From: Thalassomonas sp.
GTDB taxonomy: Bacteria; Bacteroidota; Bacteroidia; Flavobacteriales; BACL11
Direction of reading: 5' to 3'
Length of the DNA stretch: 44,921 nucleotides
Assembly: GCA_047617145.1 (NCBI GenBank)
Contig: JBLGCF010000001.1
Span: 1 to 44,921 of the forward strand
Part shown: one piece after another, positions 33,091 through 42,073 of the stretch
How the letters are laid out: every line of letters starts with the position of its first letter
How positions within the stretch are numbered: position 1 is the first letter of the stretch
Made by a program: the position numbers and the translations under genes
Notes under the pieces: generated by a model
The model's database searches: none
What the model saw: only the letters and a program-made list of their open reading frames with translations
Told to the model about the DNA's origin: nothing

Positions 33091-34965
33091 TTATTGCATT
33101 TCATCTAGTTCCAACCACCTCATTTCCTTCTCATCAATTTGGTTGATAACCTCACCTAACCTTTTGCTTTTCTCCATCATTTCATCTAATGGAATGTCAG
33201 GGTTTTGAATAATTAGCTCTAAAGATTTTTTTTCAATTTCAAGAGTAGCAATATCTTTTTCAAGCGTATCATATTCGTACTTCTCATTGAAGGAAAGTTT
33301 CTTTTTAGTCGCTTTTATTTTTGAGTTTTGTTTTTCTAGATGCTGAATCTTTTTAAACTCTTTTTCTTGTGCTATTTCTTTTTCACGATATTGAGAATAA
33401 GTGCAATAATGATCCTCAACTTTTCCATCTCCTTTAAATACAAAAAGGTGTTCAGTTAGTTTATCCATAAAGAACCTATCGTGCGATACTAGGATTAAAC
33501 AACCTTTGTATTGCAATAGGAATTCTTCCAATTTTGTTAGTGTAAGCAAATCCAAGTCATTGGTTGGCTCATCTAGTATTAGGAAATTAGGATTTTTCAT
33601 TAACACAGTAATTAGGTGCAACCTTCTTCTTTCCCCACCACTCAATCTTTTTATCTCAGTGAACTGCATTTCTGGGGTAAACAGAAAGTGTTCCAATAGC
33701 TGTGAGGCACTTACTTTTCTGTTGTCTGACATGACAATAAAATCAGCAATATCTTTTAGTACTTGTATTACTCTTCTTTCTTCATCAACAGCTAATCCTC
33801 CTTGGGTAAAATAGCCATAGTTGATTGTTTCCCCAACATTAATTTTACCACTATCTGCTTTCTCTTTCCCGGTAATAATATTTAGAAATGTACTCTTCCC
33901 TACTCCATTTTTCCCTAGTATTCCTATGCGTTCTCCTTTTTTGAAAGTATAGTCGAATCCATCAAGTATTACTAAATCTTCATATGATTTTTTGATGTTT
34001 TTCAGTTCTAGTATTTTACCTCCCATCCTATCCATTTTCACATCAATATTCAGCTCTTGTATTACTCTTTTGGAACTTGCTTTTTTCTTTATTTTATCAA
34101 AGTTATCTATTCTAGCTTTTGATTTTGTAGTTCTTGCTTTAGGAGACCTTCTTATCCATTCAAGCTCTTTTTTCATAAGCTTTTGTGCCTTTCCAATCTC
34201 TACATCAAAATTACTCTCGCGCTCTGCTCTTTTTTCTAAGAAATAGGAAAAATTCCCTTTATGATGATATAGGTTCCCTGCTTCTAATTCCATAATATTA
34301 TTGCAAACTCGCTCCAAGAAATACCTATCGTGAGTTACCATTAAAACAGTAATATTTTGTTGTTGTAAATATTTTTCTAACCATTCTATCATTGATATAT
34401 CCAAATGATTGGTTGGCTCATCTAAAAGTAATATATCCGCATTTTCCAATAATAAAAGTGCTAGGGATAGTCTCTTTTTTTGTCCACCTGATAAAGCACC
34501 TACTTTTTGCTGAAGATTATTAATGTTAAATTTTGAGAGTATTTGTTCACTTTTTCTATGATAATCCCAAGCATCTTCTTGCTCCATCTTTGCAGTAAGT
34601 TCCTCAACAATTCTTTCAGTTTGTGCGCCTCCTTCTTTACTATGATTTTCTACTGCTTTTTCATACTCTTTTACAAGTAAACTAATTTTATTGTGTGCGC
34701 TATTTATAAGTTCATTTATAGTTAATCTATCATCAAATATAGCATCTTGAGAAAGATAGGAAACCTTACATTCATTCCTGAAAATAACTTCTCCCTCATC
34801 AGGAGCATCTTGCCCTGCTAATATTTTTAACATGGATGATTTACCGGTACCATTATTAGCAATAAGTGCTACCTTATCTCCTTTGGCTAAGCCAAAGCTT
34901 AGGCCTTCAAAAAGGATTCTTTCTCCAAAATTCTTTCCTAAATTTTCTACTGCTAATAAGTTCAT
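33091..34965 (-). CDS. ABC-F family ATPase (Uup/EttA class, no membrane domain)
   Basis: Two ABC cassettes: Walker A NNGTGKSS and KNGVGKST, signatures LSGGQKKR and LSGGERRR, Walker B LLLDEPTN and LILDEPTN. Also has an inter-domain linker and a C-terminal coiled coil. Confidence 0.9.
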   Translation of the reverse strand: MNLLAVENLGKNFGERILFEGLSFGLAKGDKVALIANNGTGKSSMLKILAGQDAPDEGEVIFRNECKVSYLSQDAIFDDRLTINELINSAHNKISLLVKEYEKAVENHSKEGGAQTERIVEELTAKMEQEDAWDYHRKSEQILSKFNINNLQQKVGALSGGQKKRLSLALLLLENADILLLDEPTNHLDISMIEWLEKYLQQQNITVLMVTHDRYFLERVCNNIMELEAGNLYHHKGNFSYFLEKRAERESNFDVEIGKAQKLMKKELEWIRRSPKARTTKSKARIDNFDKIKKKASSKRVIQELNIDVKMDRMGGKILELKNIKKSYEDLVILDGFDYTFKKGERIGILGKNGVGKSTFLNIITGKEKADSGKINVGETINYGYFTQGGLAVDEERRVIQVLKDIADFIVMSDNRKVSASQLLEHFLFTPEMQFTEIKRLSGGERRRLHLITVLMKNPNFLILDEPTNDLDLLTLTKLEEFLLQYKGCLILVSHDRFFMDKLTEHLFVFKGDGKVEDHYCTYSQYREKEIAQEKEFKKIQHLEKQNSKIKATKKKLSFNEKYEYDTLEKDIATLEIEKKSLELIIQNPDIPLDEMMEKSKRLGEVINQIDEKEMRWLELDEMQ

Positions 34966-36164
34966 AGTGCACTATTTTTTCCAGCCAAGTAACCAGTCGT
35001 CCAAGCGGCCTGAAAGTTAAACCCACCGGTTACTCCATCAATATTTAATAATTCTCCTGCAAAGTAAATTCCTTTATGGCGTTTACTTTCCATAGTTTGC
35101 ATATCTATTTCTGATAAATCTATACCTCCACAACTTACAAACTCTTCTTTAAAAGTTGTTTTCCCTTTTACTTCAAACTCATCATTTAAAATCATATTAA
35201 TAAGCCTGTTTTTATTCTTTTTAGCTAATTCATTCCAAATTTGATTTTCAGCTATTTCTAATTTATTTAACATAAAATGCCATAAACGTTTAGGAATTTC
35301 TAAAGGATTATGCTTGTATACTTGCTTCCTGCTTGAAGTCAAACTGCTAAATTGAATTCTTAACTCCTCTTCATTCATTGCTAACCAATTTACCTGTACG
35401 CTAAAATTATAATTTTGCTTTGCCAAATCCTGAGCTCCCCAAGCAGACAGTTTTAGTATTGCTGGTCCGCTCATTCCCCAATGGGTAATTAAAAGGGGTC
35501 CTGATTGTCTTAATTTACTACCTTTGATAGATGTGATTACATTAGGCACGCTAAGCCCCATAAGTTTAGTTATTGGGTTTTTAGGCATATTAAATGTAAA
35601 TAATGAAGGTACTGGCTTTATAATTTTATAACCCAACTTTTTTAACCAATCCAATCCGCTTTCCTTAGGACTTCCTCCACTTGCAATAATCACTTTATCA
35701 AAAGGGAGTGTTTCTCCATTAATAGATAGGTTTATTCCGTTTTCAATTGGTGTTATAGCGTTAACTTTACTTTTATAAGAAAGCCTGATTCCTAAATTTT
35801 CAGCTGTATTAAGTAATAAATCAACAATAGTTTGGGAACTATTACTTGAGGGAAACATTCTGTTGTCTACTTCTGTTTTTAAGACTACTCCCCTACTTTC
35901 AAACCAATTAACGGTACCTGTTGTAAAAAAGTGATTGAATGATTTTTTGAGCTCCCTTCCTCCCCTAGGATAATTTTTGATTAGCTTTGAAATACTAAAG
36001 GTTGCATTGGTAACATTGCACCTGCCTCCTCCAGATACTTTTACTTTTACAAGTACTTTGTCTGTTTTCTCAAAGATAGTAACATTGGCCTTGGGATTAG
36101 TTTCTTTTGCAGTAATAGCTGCCATAAAGCCTGCGGCACCACCACCAATTACTGCTATTTTCAT
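34962..36164 (-). CDS. HI0933/BaiN-family NAD(P)/FAD-dependent oxidoreductase
   Basis: Dinucleotide fold IAVIGGGAAGFMAA, family motif SGGGRCNVTN, ITHWGMSGPA and C-terminal GGFNFQAAW. Confidence 0.85.
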   Translation of the reverse strand: MKIAVIGGGAAGFMAAITAKETNPKANVTIFEKTDKVLVKVKVSGGGRCNVTNATFSISKLIKNYPRGGRELKKSFNHFFTTGTVNWFESRGVVLKTEVDNRMFPSSNSSQTIVDLLLNTAENLGIRLSYKSKVNAITPIENGINLSINGETLPFDKVIIASGGSPKESGLDWLKKLGYKIIKPVPSLFTFNMPKNPITKLMGLSVPNVITSIKGSKLRQSGPLLITHWGMSGPAILKLSAWGAQDLAKQNYNFSVQVNWLAMNEEELRIQFSSLTSSRKQVYKHNPLEIPKRLWHFMLNKLEIAENQIWNELAKKNKNRLINMILNDEFEVKGKTTFKEEFVSCGGIDLSEIDMQTMESKRHKGIYFAGELLNIDGVTGGFNFQAAWTTGYLAGKNSAL

Positions 36165-36586
36165 TATTTCTTTTTTACTTGATCAAAAAGAATTACAAAA
36201 AAAGAAAGTATCAATATTAACTGAAATATAAAATATAATGTTGATAAGATGATATTGTCACTTAATAAGAATAGTAAGTATAGATTAATGAATCCCACAA
36301 GAATTAAACCTTTAATAGAATTCAAAATAACTTGTCCTTTCAATTTTCTAACACTGAATAATAAAAAACTTAATAAAATCATAAAACTTCCAAGAAACTG
36401 CTCAACCAAAATAGTTAATTTTGTTTGCTCACCAACTAAGGTAAGTAATGAAATTTTATCAGTAAAAAATAATAAGACAAAACCTATTATAGAAAACACT
36501 AAAGTATAAATAATAAAAAATATCTCTGTAAATGATCGTGTATTAGTTGCTCTAGGGACTAATAATGCTTTTTTTTCGTTATTCAT
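36164..36586 (-). CDS. Small membrane protein of unknown function
   Basis: Four hydrophobic segments. Start moved to ATG 36586 (MNNEKKALL) because the ORF track's start at 36610 falls inside the -7 box at 36608-36615. Its stop overlaps the downstream ATG (TAATG). Confidence 0.5.
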   Translation of the reverse strand: MNNEKKALLVPRATNTRSFTEIFFIIYTLVFSIIGFVLLFFTDKISLLTLVGEQTKLTILVEQFLGSFMILLSFLLFSVRKLKGQVILNSIKGLILVGFINLYLLFLLSDNIILSTLYFIFQLILILSFFVILFDQVKKK

Positions 36587-36607
36587 GGCTGTAGTTTTTA
36601 TGAAATT

Positions 36608-36615
36608 CAAAGATA
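36608..36615 (-). promoter_or_regulatory. -7 promoter box (TATCTTTG on the minus strand)
   Basis: Plus strand CAAAGATA, 21 nt upstream of ATG 36586. Confidence 0.4.
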
Positions 36616-36616
36616 A

Positions 36617-36647
36617 TAAAAATGGAGGGTTTTACTCCTCCATTTTT
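36617..36647 (-). terminator. Rho-independent terminator of typA
   Basis: Stem ATGGAGG/CCTCCAT with an 8-nt loop, flanked by A5 and T4-5 runs. On the minus strand the hairpin is followed by TTTTTATTAT. Confidence 0.6.
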
Positions 36648-36667
36648 AAATCTATATTTTATGTTGT

Positions 36668-38437
36668 TTATCTGTAGCTAATCTTACGCATTCTTAATGA
36701 TTCTGGTGTTACTTCAAGGTATTCATTAGCCTGAATGTACTCCATACTTTCTTCTAAAGAAAAGTCAATTTTAGGTGCAATTATAATAGCAGCATCTGAT
36801 CCTGACTTACGCATATTTGTTAGTTGCTTACCTTTTATCACATTGACATCTAAGTCATTATCCCTAGTGTTCTCTCCAATTACTTGTCCTTTATATAATT
36901 CAGCTCCAGGAGAAACAAAAAACCTTCCTCTATCTTGTAATTTACCAATTGAGAATGCTGTTGCACTTCCTGTTTCTTTAGATATTAAAGAGCCTTTCAT
37001 TCTTTCAGTAATATCTCCTTTAAAAGGTCCGTATTCTCTAAATCTATGCGTCATAATTGCATTTCCAGCAGTTGCAGTTAAGATGTTGTTTCTCAATCCA
37101 ATTAACCCTCTTGACGGGATGTCAAACTCTAAATGTTGTAAATCACCTTTTGGCTCCATTACTAACATATCCCCTTTTTTCTGAGTAACTAACTCAATTG
37201 CCTTACCTGAAAACTCAGCAGGAACATCAATAACTAATGTTTCCATTGGTTCGTGTTTCTTTCCATCAATTTCTTTTATAAGAACTTGAGGTTTCCCTAC
37301 TTGAAACTCAAACCCTTCTCTTCTCATTGTTTCAATTAGTACTGATAAATGAAGAATCCCTCTTCCAAATACATTGAACTTATCCTCTGAAGTACCATCC
37401 TCAACTCTTAATGCTAAATTTTTCTCAAGCTCTTTATATAATCTATCTCTTAAATGACGAGAAGTACAGTACTTTCCTTCTTTACCAAAGAAAGGTGAAT
37501 TGTTAATTGTGAAAAGCATACTCATTGTAGGCTCATCAATTGAAATTCTTGGTAATTCTTCAGGATTCTCTAAGTCAGCAAGTGTATCTCCAATTTCAAA
37601 ATCATCAATTCCTACCATAGAACAAATATCACCAGCACGAGCTGTTTTTACTTGTATTTTACCCATTCCTTCAAATACATGTAGCTCTTTAATTCTTACT
37701 TTCTTTCTTACACCATCCGCTTTACATAAGATGTAGTCCTTCCCTTCTACTAAATCACCTCTGAAAATACGACCAATTGCAATACGACCAACAAACTTAG
37801 AGTAATCCAAAGATGTAATTTGCATTTGTGGAGTTCCCTCATTATAAGGAGCCTCAGGAATTTCAGAAATTACTGTATCCAATAAAGGTAAGATGTTATC
37901 TGTCTTATCCTTCCAATCTAAACTCATCCATCCTTCCTTTGAAGAACCGAAAATTGTTACAAAATCTAACTGATCTTCAGTAGCATCAAGGTTAAACATT
38001 AAATCAAACACTGCATCTTGAACTAAATCAGGAGTACAGTTTTCTTTATCTACTTTATTAACAACAACAATAGGTTTTAATCCTAATTCGATAGCTTTAC
38101 TTAATACAAACCTTGTTTGTGGCATTGCACCTTCAAAAGCATCTACTAGTAACAATACACCATCAGCCATCTTAAGTACACGCTCAACTTCACCACCAAA
38201 ATCAGCATGCCCAGGAGTATCAATTACATTGATTTTCACATCCTTATAAGAAACGGATACATTTTTAGAAAGAATGGTAATTCCTCTTTCTCTTTCTAAA
38301 TCATTATTGTCTAATAATAATTCTGTTCTTTCTTTTCTATCGTCAAGAACTTTGCATTGGTCAATAATTTTATCGACTAAGGTTGTTTTTCCGTGATCGA
38401 CATGGGCAATAATTGCTATGTTTCTGATTGATTGCAT
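36668..38437 (-). CDS. typA: Translational GTPase TypA/BipA
   Basis: G1 [10 protein letters not shown]3 DTPGHADF, G4 NKVD. EF-G-like domains II, III and V are present. The family C-terminal domain ends [13 protein letters not shown]. Confidence 0.95.
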   Translation of the reverse strand: MQSIRNIAIIAHVDHGKTTLVDKIIDQCKVLDDRKERTELLLDNNDLERERGITILSKNVSVSYKDVKINVIDTPGHADFGGEVERVLKMADGVLLLVDAFEGAMPQTRFVLSKAIELGLKPIVVVNKVDKENCTPDLVQDAVFDLMFNLDATEDQLDFVTIFGSSKEGWMSLDWKDKTDNILPLLDTVISEIPEAPYNEGTPQMQITSLDYSKFVGRIAIGRIFRGDLVEGKDYILCKADGVRKKVRIKELHVFEGMGKIQVKTARAGDICSMVGIDDFEIGDTLADLENPEELPRISIDEPTMSMLFTINNSPFFGKEGKYCTSRHLRDRLYKELEKNLALRVEDGTSEDKFNVFGRGILHLSVLIETMRREGFEFQVGKPQVLIKEIDGKKHEPMETLVIDVPAEFSGKAIELVTQKKGDMLVMEPKGDLQHLEFDIPSRGLIGLRNNILTATAGNAIMTHRFREYGPFKGDITERMKGSLISKETGSATAFSIGKLQDRGRFFVSPGAELYKGQVIGENTRDNDLDVNVIKGKQLTNMRKSGSDAAIIIAPKIDFSLEESMEYIQANEYLEVTPESLRMRKISYR

Positions 38438-38454
38438 ATTAAAATTTTAGGCGG

Positions 38455-38462
38455 CAAAATTA
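38455..38462 (-). promoter_or_regulatory. -7 promoter box (TAATTTTG on the minus strand) for typA
   Basis: Plus strand CAAAATTA, 17 nt upstream of ATG 38437. Confidence 0.45.
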
Positions 38463-38481
38463 CTCTTATTTTTTTCTTATA

Positions 38482-38512
38482 TAAGAAAAGGCCAACAAAT
38501 GTCAGCCTTTTC
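38482..38512 (-). terminator. Probable terminator of the nrnA-PPIase operon
   Basis: On the minus strand, a GC-cored hairpin GGCTGACATTTGTTGGCC with A/T extensions, followed by TTTTCTTATAT. Confidence 0.45.
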
Positions 38513-38578
38513 TGTAATATTCAAATAATGATCTTATTTAACTTCCATTTATCATGCTTGTTAGTAGTTATCTATTGA

Positions 38579-39658
38579 TTAATGATTATGACCTTTATGT
38601 AAGTCTACATCTTTTTGTTTAACTCCCATTAACTCAACTTCAAAAATCAAAGTTGCATTTGGTGGTATCACTCCACCAGCACCTCTTTCGCCATAAGCTA
38701 AGCTAGGTGGTATAATAAAAGTTGCTTTTCCACCTACCTTTAATAATGCAATCCCTTCATCCCATCCTGGTATTACTTTACCCTCCCCTAAAGGAAATTC
38801 AATAGGAGCGTTTCTATCGTGTGAAGAATCAAACTTAGTTCCATCCGCTAGTTTACCAGTATAATGTACTGATACTGTTTTTCCTGCTTTAGCTTGCTCT
38901 CCCTTACCCTCTTTAATCATAAAGTAAGCTAAGCCGCTTTCAGTAGTTGTAGCGCCTTCTGTTAATTTTTTCATTGTTTCTGCAGCTTTATTAGCTTTTT
39001 CAGCATTTGCTTTTTCAATTCCTGCTTGTGCAGAAGTAAAAACACTGTTAGCATCAAATGCTTTTGCAGCAGCTCCTTCTCTTATGATAGTTGCTGATAT
39101 CATTATATCATCTTGCGTAATAGCATTGACAACATCCATCCCTTCAACAACATGTCCAAAAACTGAATGTTTTCCGTCCAACCAAGAAGTTTCTTTATGT
39201 GTAATAAAAAATTGTGAGCCATTTGTTGCAGGTCCTGAGTTTGCCATAGATAAAATACCTCCTTTATTATGCTTTAAGTCAGGATGAAATTCATCAGCAA
39301 ATTTATATCCAGGATCCCCCGTTCCATTACCATCAGGACAGCCACCTTGAATCATAAAGTCAGCAATTACTCTGTGGAATTTTAATCCGTCATAGTAAGG
39401 AGTGCCTTTTTCTTTCTTATTGTTTTTTAATGTTCCTTCAGCTAACCCAACAAAGTTGGCTACTGTAAGTGGAGTTTTTTCATATTCCAATTGTATTAGG
39501 ATTTCTCCTTTTGTGGTGGTGATTTTTGCGTACATACCGTTTTCTAAATTTGATTTTGCATTATTACTAGTTGTATTTTCTTTTTTATTGAAAATATTTT
39601 GTGAAAATGAGCTTAATGTTATAGCGCATAGTATTGATAGGATTGTTATTTTTTTCAT
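38579..39658 (-). CDS. Secreted dual-family peptidyl-prolyl isomerase (N-terminal cyclophilin plus C-terminal FKBP)
   Basis: Signal peptide ends SFSQ|N. Cyclophilin motifs [30 protein letters not shown] and [12 protein letters not shown] motifs [30 protein letters not shown] and [11 protein letters not shown]. Confidence 0.9.
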   Translation of the reverse strand: MKKITILSILCAITLSSFSQNIFNKKENTTSNNAKSNLENGMYAKITTTKGEILIQLEYEKTPLTVANFVGLAEGTLKNNKKEKGTPYYDGLKFHRVIADFMIQGGCPDGNGTGDPGYKFADEFHPDLKHNKGGILSMANSGPATNGSQFFITHKETSWLDGKHSVFGHVVEGMDVVNAITQDDIMISATIIREGAAAKAFDANSVFTSAQAGIEKANAEKANKAAETMKKLTEGATTTESGLAYFMIKEGKGEQAKAGKTVSVHYTGKLADGTKFDSSHDRNAPIEFPLGEGKVIPGWDEGIALLKVGGKATFIIPPSLAYGERGAGGVIPPNATLIFEVELMGVKQKDVDLHKGHNH

Positions 39659-39661
39659 AGT

Positions 39662-40681
39662 TTAATTAGTTTTATTTAGTTCAGATTTATATTCATTTAT
39701 TATTTTTTCAACTTTTATAATCGTTTCATTTACTGAAACTTCAGATATTCCACCTGAAGCATTCATGTGCCCTCCTCCTTTAAAGTATTTATTGGCAATT
39801 CCGTTTACTTTAAAGTTTCCTTTTGATCGTAATGACAGTTTAACCATCCCATCTTTTTCAGCTATAAAAACAGCAAATTTTATTCCTTCAATTCCTAATG
39901 CATAGTTAACAAATCCTTCCGTATCGCCTTTTTTGAATTCAAATCGCTCTAATTCTTCAGCAGTTAACGAAATTATTGCTGCATTATTATCTGCGTACAA
40001 TCTTAATTTTTCATTCAGGCAATATCCTAATAGTTTTATTCTGTTGGCTGATGAATTATCATAGATTAAATCATGAATTTTAGCGTTTTCAGCTCCAGCA
40101 TTAATTAATTCAGCAATTACATGATGTGTTTTTGCAGTAGTTGAAGCATATTTGAAACTTCCTGTATCGGTCATAATCCCTACATATAGGCATTCAGCAA
40201 TATCTTTGTTCAGGCAACTAGTCATCTTCATAGTCTCCATCACTTCAAACACTAGTTGTGCTGTGGAGCAAGCAGTGGTATCGGAAAAGATAAGTTTAGC
40301 AATATCCCTATCAGGATCTTGATGATGATCAATCATAATCTTGGTAGCATTGCTGTTTTTTACTGCATCAGCATAAGTTGCTATTCTACTTAAATGACTA
40401 AAATCCAGCAGGAAAATCAACTCTGCCTCAGCAGTAATCTTATCTGCTAAAGCTTCATTTCCTTCATAAGTAATGACATCATCATTACCAGGTAACCAAT
40501 GTAAAAATTTAGCATATTCATTAGGAGTTATAACCTGAACGCTATGACCTAATTGAGTTAGTAAATGTAATAAACCTAAGGAGGATCCGATAGCATCACC
40601 ATCTGGTCCTCTATGGGTTGTAATTACTATTTTTTTAGGGCTACTTAATAGTGTTTTTAGTGCTGTTGCATTTTTTGTCAT
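39662..40681 (-). CDS. nrnA: DHH-family phosphoesterase NrnA (oligoribonuclease / pAp phosphatase type)
   Basis: DHH motifs I-IV (TTHRGPDGDAIGS, IDHH, GIMTDTGSF) and the DHHA1 motif GGGHMNASGG. Confidence 0.85.
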   Translation of the reverse strand: MTKNATALKTLLSSPKKIVITTHRGPDGDAIGSSLGLLHLLTQLGHSVQVITPNEYAKFLHWLPGNDDVITYEGNEALADKITAEAELIFLLDFSHLSRIATYADAVKNSNATKIMIDHHQDPDRDIAKLIFSDTTACSTAQLVFEVMETMKMTSCLNKDIAECLYVGIMTDTGSFKYASTTAKTHHVIAELINAGAENAKIHDLIYDNSSANRIKLLGYCLNEKLRLYADNNAAIISLTAEELERFEFKKGDTEGFVNYALGIEGIKFAVFIAEKDGMVKLSLRSKGNFKVNGIANKYFKGGGHMNASGGISEVSVNETIIKVEKIINEYKSELNKTN

Positions 40682-40688
40682 AGGCCTG

Positions 40689-40696
40689 CAAAAATA
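40689..40696 (-). promoter_or_regulatory. -7 promoter box (TATTTTTG on the minus strand) for nrnA
   Basis: Plus strand CAAAAATA, 7 nt upstream of ATG 40681. Confidence 0.4.
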
Positions 40697-40731
40697 GTAA
40701 AAGAATTAATAGTAGGTTTTGATATAATTTC

Positions 40732-40739
40732 TAATTTTG
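40732..40739 (+). promoter_or_regulatory. -7 promoter box TAATTTTG for ndk
   Basis: Exact TAnnTTTG, 31 nt upstream of ATG 40771. Confidence 0.45.
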
Positions 40740-40770
40740 CAAATAAATAATTTAAAAAAAAATATATCAA

Positions 40771-41271
40771 ATGGCTACCAATAAATTAGAAGGTGAGATG
40801 ATTGACCAGGAAAATAAAATGATGGCAAAATTTAAGAAAGAGCGTCAAGAAAGAATTGGGAACATTACATTTACAATGATTAAGCCAGAAGCTGTTGCAG
40901 CTGGAAATACTGGTGCGATCTTAAATAAAATTGAAGGTGCAGGATTTAGAATTGTAGCTTTGAAAAAAGTTCACTTGTCTAAAGAAAGAGCTAGTGAGTT
41001 TTATGCTGTACATAGCGAGCGTCCATTCTATGGAGAGCTAGTTGACTACATGTGTGAGTCTCCTATTATTGCTGCTATTTTAGAAAAAGATAATGCAGTG
41101 CTTGATTTTAGAGCCTTAATTGGTGCTACTAATCCAGCTGATGCTGCAGAAGGTACCATTAGAGCAGAATTTGCAGAGAGCTTAGCTAAGAATGCTGTAC
41201 ACGGTTCTGATTCTGATGAGAATGCAAATATTGAAGCTGACTTTCATTTCTCAGCTGAGGAAAGATTTTAG
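40771..41271 (+). CDS. ndk: Nucleoside-diphosphate kinase with N-terminal extension
   Basis: Core motifs [31 protein letters not shown] and the active site NAVHGSDS. About 27 extra residues precede the usual start of the fold. An alternative start at ATG 40819 is possible. Confidence 0.9.
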   Translation: MATNKLEGEMIDQENKMMAKFKKERQERIGNITFTMIKPEAVAAGNTGAILNKIEGAGFRIVALKKVHLSKERASEFYAVHSERPFYGELVDYMCESPIIAAILEKDNAVLDFRALIGATNPADAAEGTIRAEFAESLAKNAVHGSDSDENANIEADFHFSAEERF

Positions 41272-41299
41272 TAGATAATTTGTGTTAATACTGAACATG

Positions 41300-41329
41300 A
41301 GCCACTCGAAAGAGTGGCTTTTGTTGTTT
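41300..41329 (+). terminator. Rho-independent terminator of ndk (possibly bidirectional)
   Basis: Stem AGCCACTC/GAGTGGCT with a GAAA tetraloop, followed by TTTTGTTGTTT. Confidence 0.7.
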
Positions 41330-41330
41330 C

Positions 41331-41780
41331 TTAAACCTTATGAATTACATAAGTAACCACTCCCCAAACTTTAAAATCCATCTCCTGAGTAATTTCTATT
41401 GGAGTAAAATTTTCGTTTTCTGGCATTAGGTATAGTTTTTTATCCGAAACATTTACTCGCTTTACTGTAAACTCACTATCGATAACCGCTAATACGATAC
41501 TTCTGTTTTCGGGTTCAATCGCTCTATCCACCAACATAACATCTCCACTTTGTATCCCAGCATCTTTCATGCTCTCTCCTATCGCTTTCACGCAAAAAGT
41601 TTGTGCAGGATTGCGTACTAAATAATCATGCAGATTCAAATCCAAATCCATAGCATCATCAGCTGGTGAAGGAAAGCCTGCAGGCACACTCCCTTCAAAA
41701 AGAGATATGTTATCAAGCTTATCAGTTCCTAGTGTGTATAATGCAAGATTATCAGTAGTTTTTATAGGTTTCAATTTCAT
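41331..41780 (-). CDS. umuD: UmuD-like S24 self-cleaving peptidase (no DNA-binding domain)
   Basis: Aligns by eye with E. coli UmuD over its whole length. The cleavage-site context PA|GFPSPADD (Ala34-Gly35) matches UmuD QC|GFPSPA. The nucleophile context GESM (Ser70) and the general base context EFTVKR (Lys107) are each offset by +10 from UmuD Ser60 and Lys97. Confidence 0.85.
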   Translation of the reverse strand: MKLKPIKTTDNLALYTLGTDKLDNISLFEGSVPAGFPSPADDAMDLDLNLHDYLVRNPAQTFCVKAIGESMKDAGIQSGDVMLVDRAIEPENRSIVLAVIDSEFTVKRVNVSDKKLYLMPENENFTPIEITQEMDFKVWGVVTYVIHKV

Positions 41781-41782
41781 AA

Positions 41783-42073
41783 TTATTTCAAGATAATATC
41801 CTTAAGGAAAGGTTTTCCTAGTCTGTTGTTTATTTGTTGCAGGAGTTCAGTTTTTTTATAGCTTAATTCATTGCGCATTGGTGCCGATTTTAGCTTTACA
41901 TACAATGTGCTTTTGTATATTTTTCGGTCAGTTATATATTTCATAAGCGCCTCTCCCATCAAATCATCCCATATAGATAAGGCATCTAATTCATCAAGTT
42001 TTCCAGAAAGCTTTGGGTTTTTCATTAACTTACGGATGATATCCCCAACATTATGTGTGTTTTTACCTCTCAT
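41783..42073 (-). CDS. dciA: DUF721 / DciA-family protein
   Basis: 96 aa. DUF721 pattern IWDDLMGEAL...TLYVKLKSAPMRNELSYKKTELLQQINNRLG. Sits in the classical position directly after recF, with a 4-nt ATGA overlap. Confidence 0.6.
   Translation of the reverse strand: MRGKNTHNVGDIIRKLMKNPKLSGKLDELDALSIWDDLMGEALMKYITDRKIYKSTLYVKLKSAPMRNELSYKKTELLQQINNRLGKPFLKDIILK

Noticed and set aside
38472-38489. Perfect AT-rich palindrome TTTTCTTATATAAGAAAA between typA and the PPIase gene.
   Set aside because: It overlaps the base of the terminator hairpin and its U-tract for the nrnA-PPIase operon. Read as terminator context, it needs no separate explanation.
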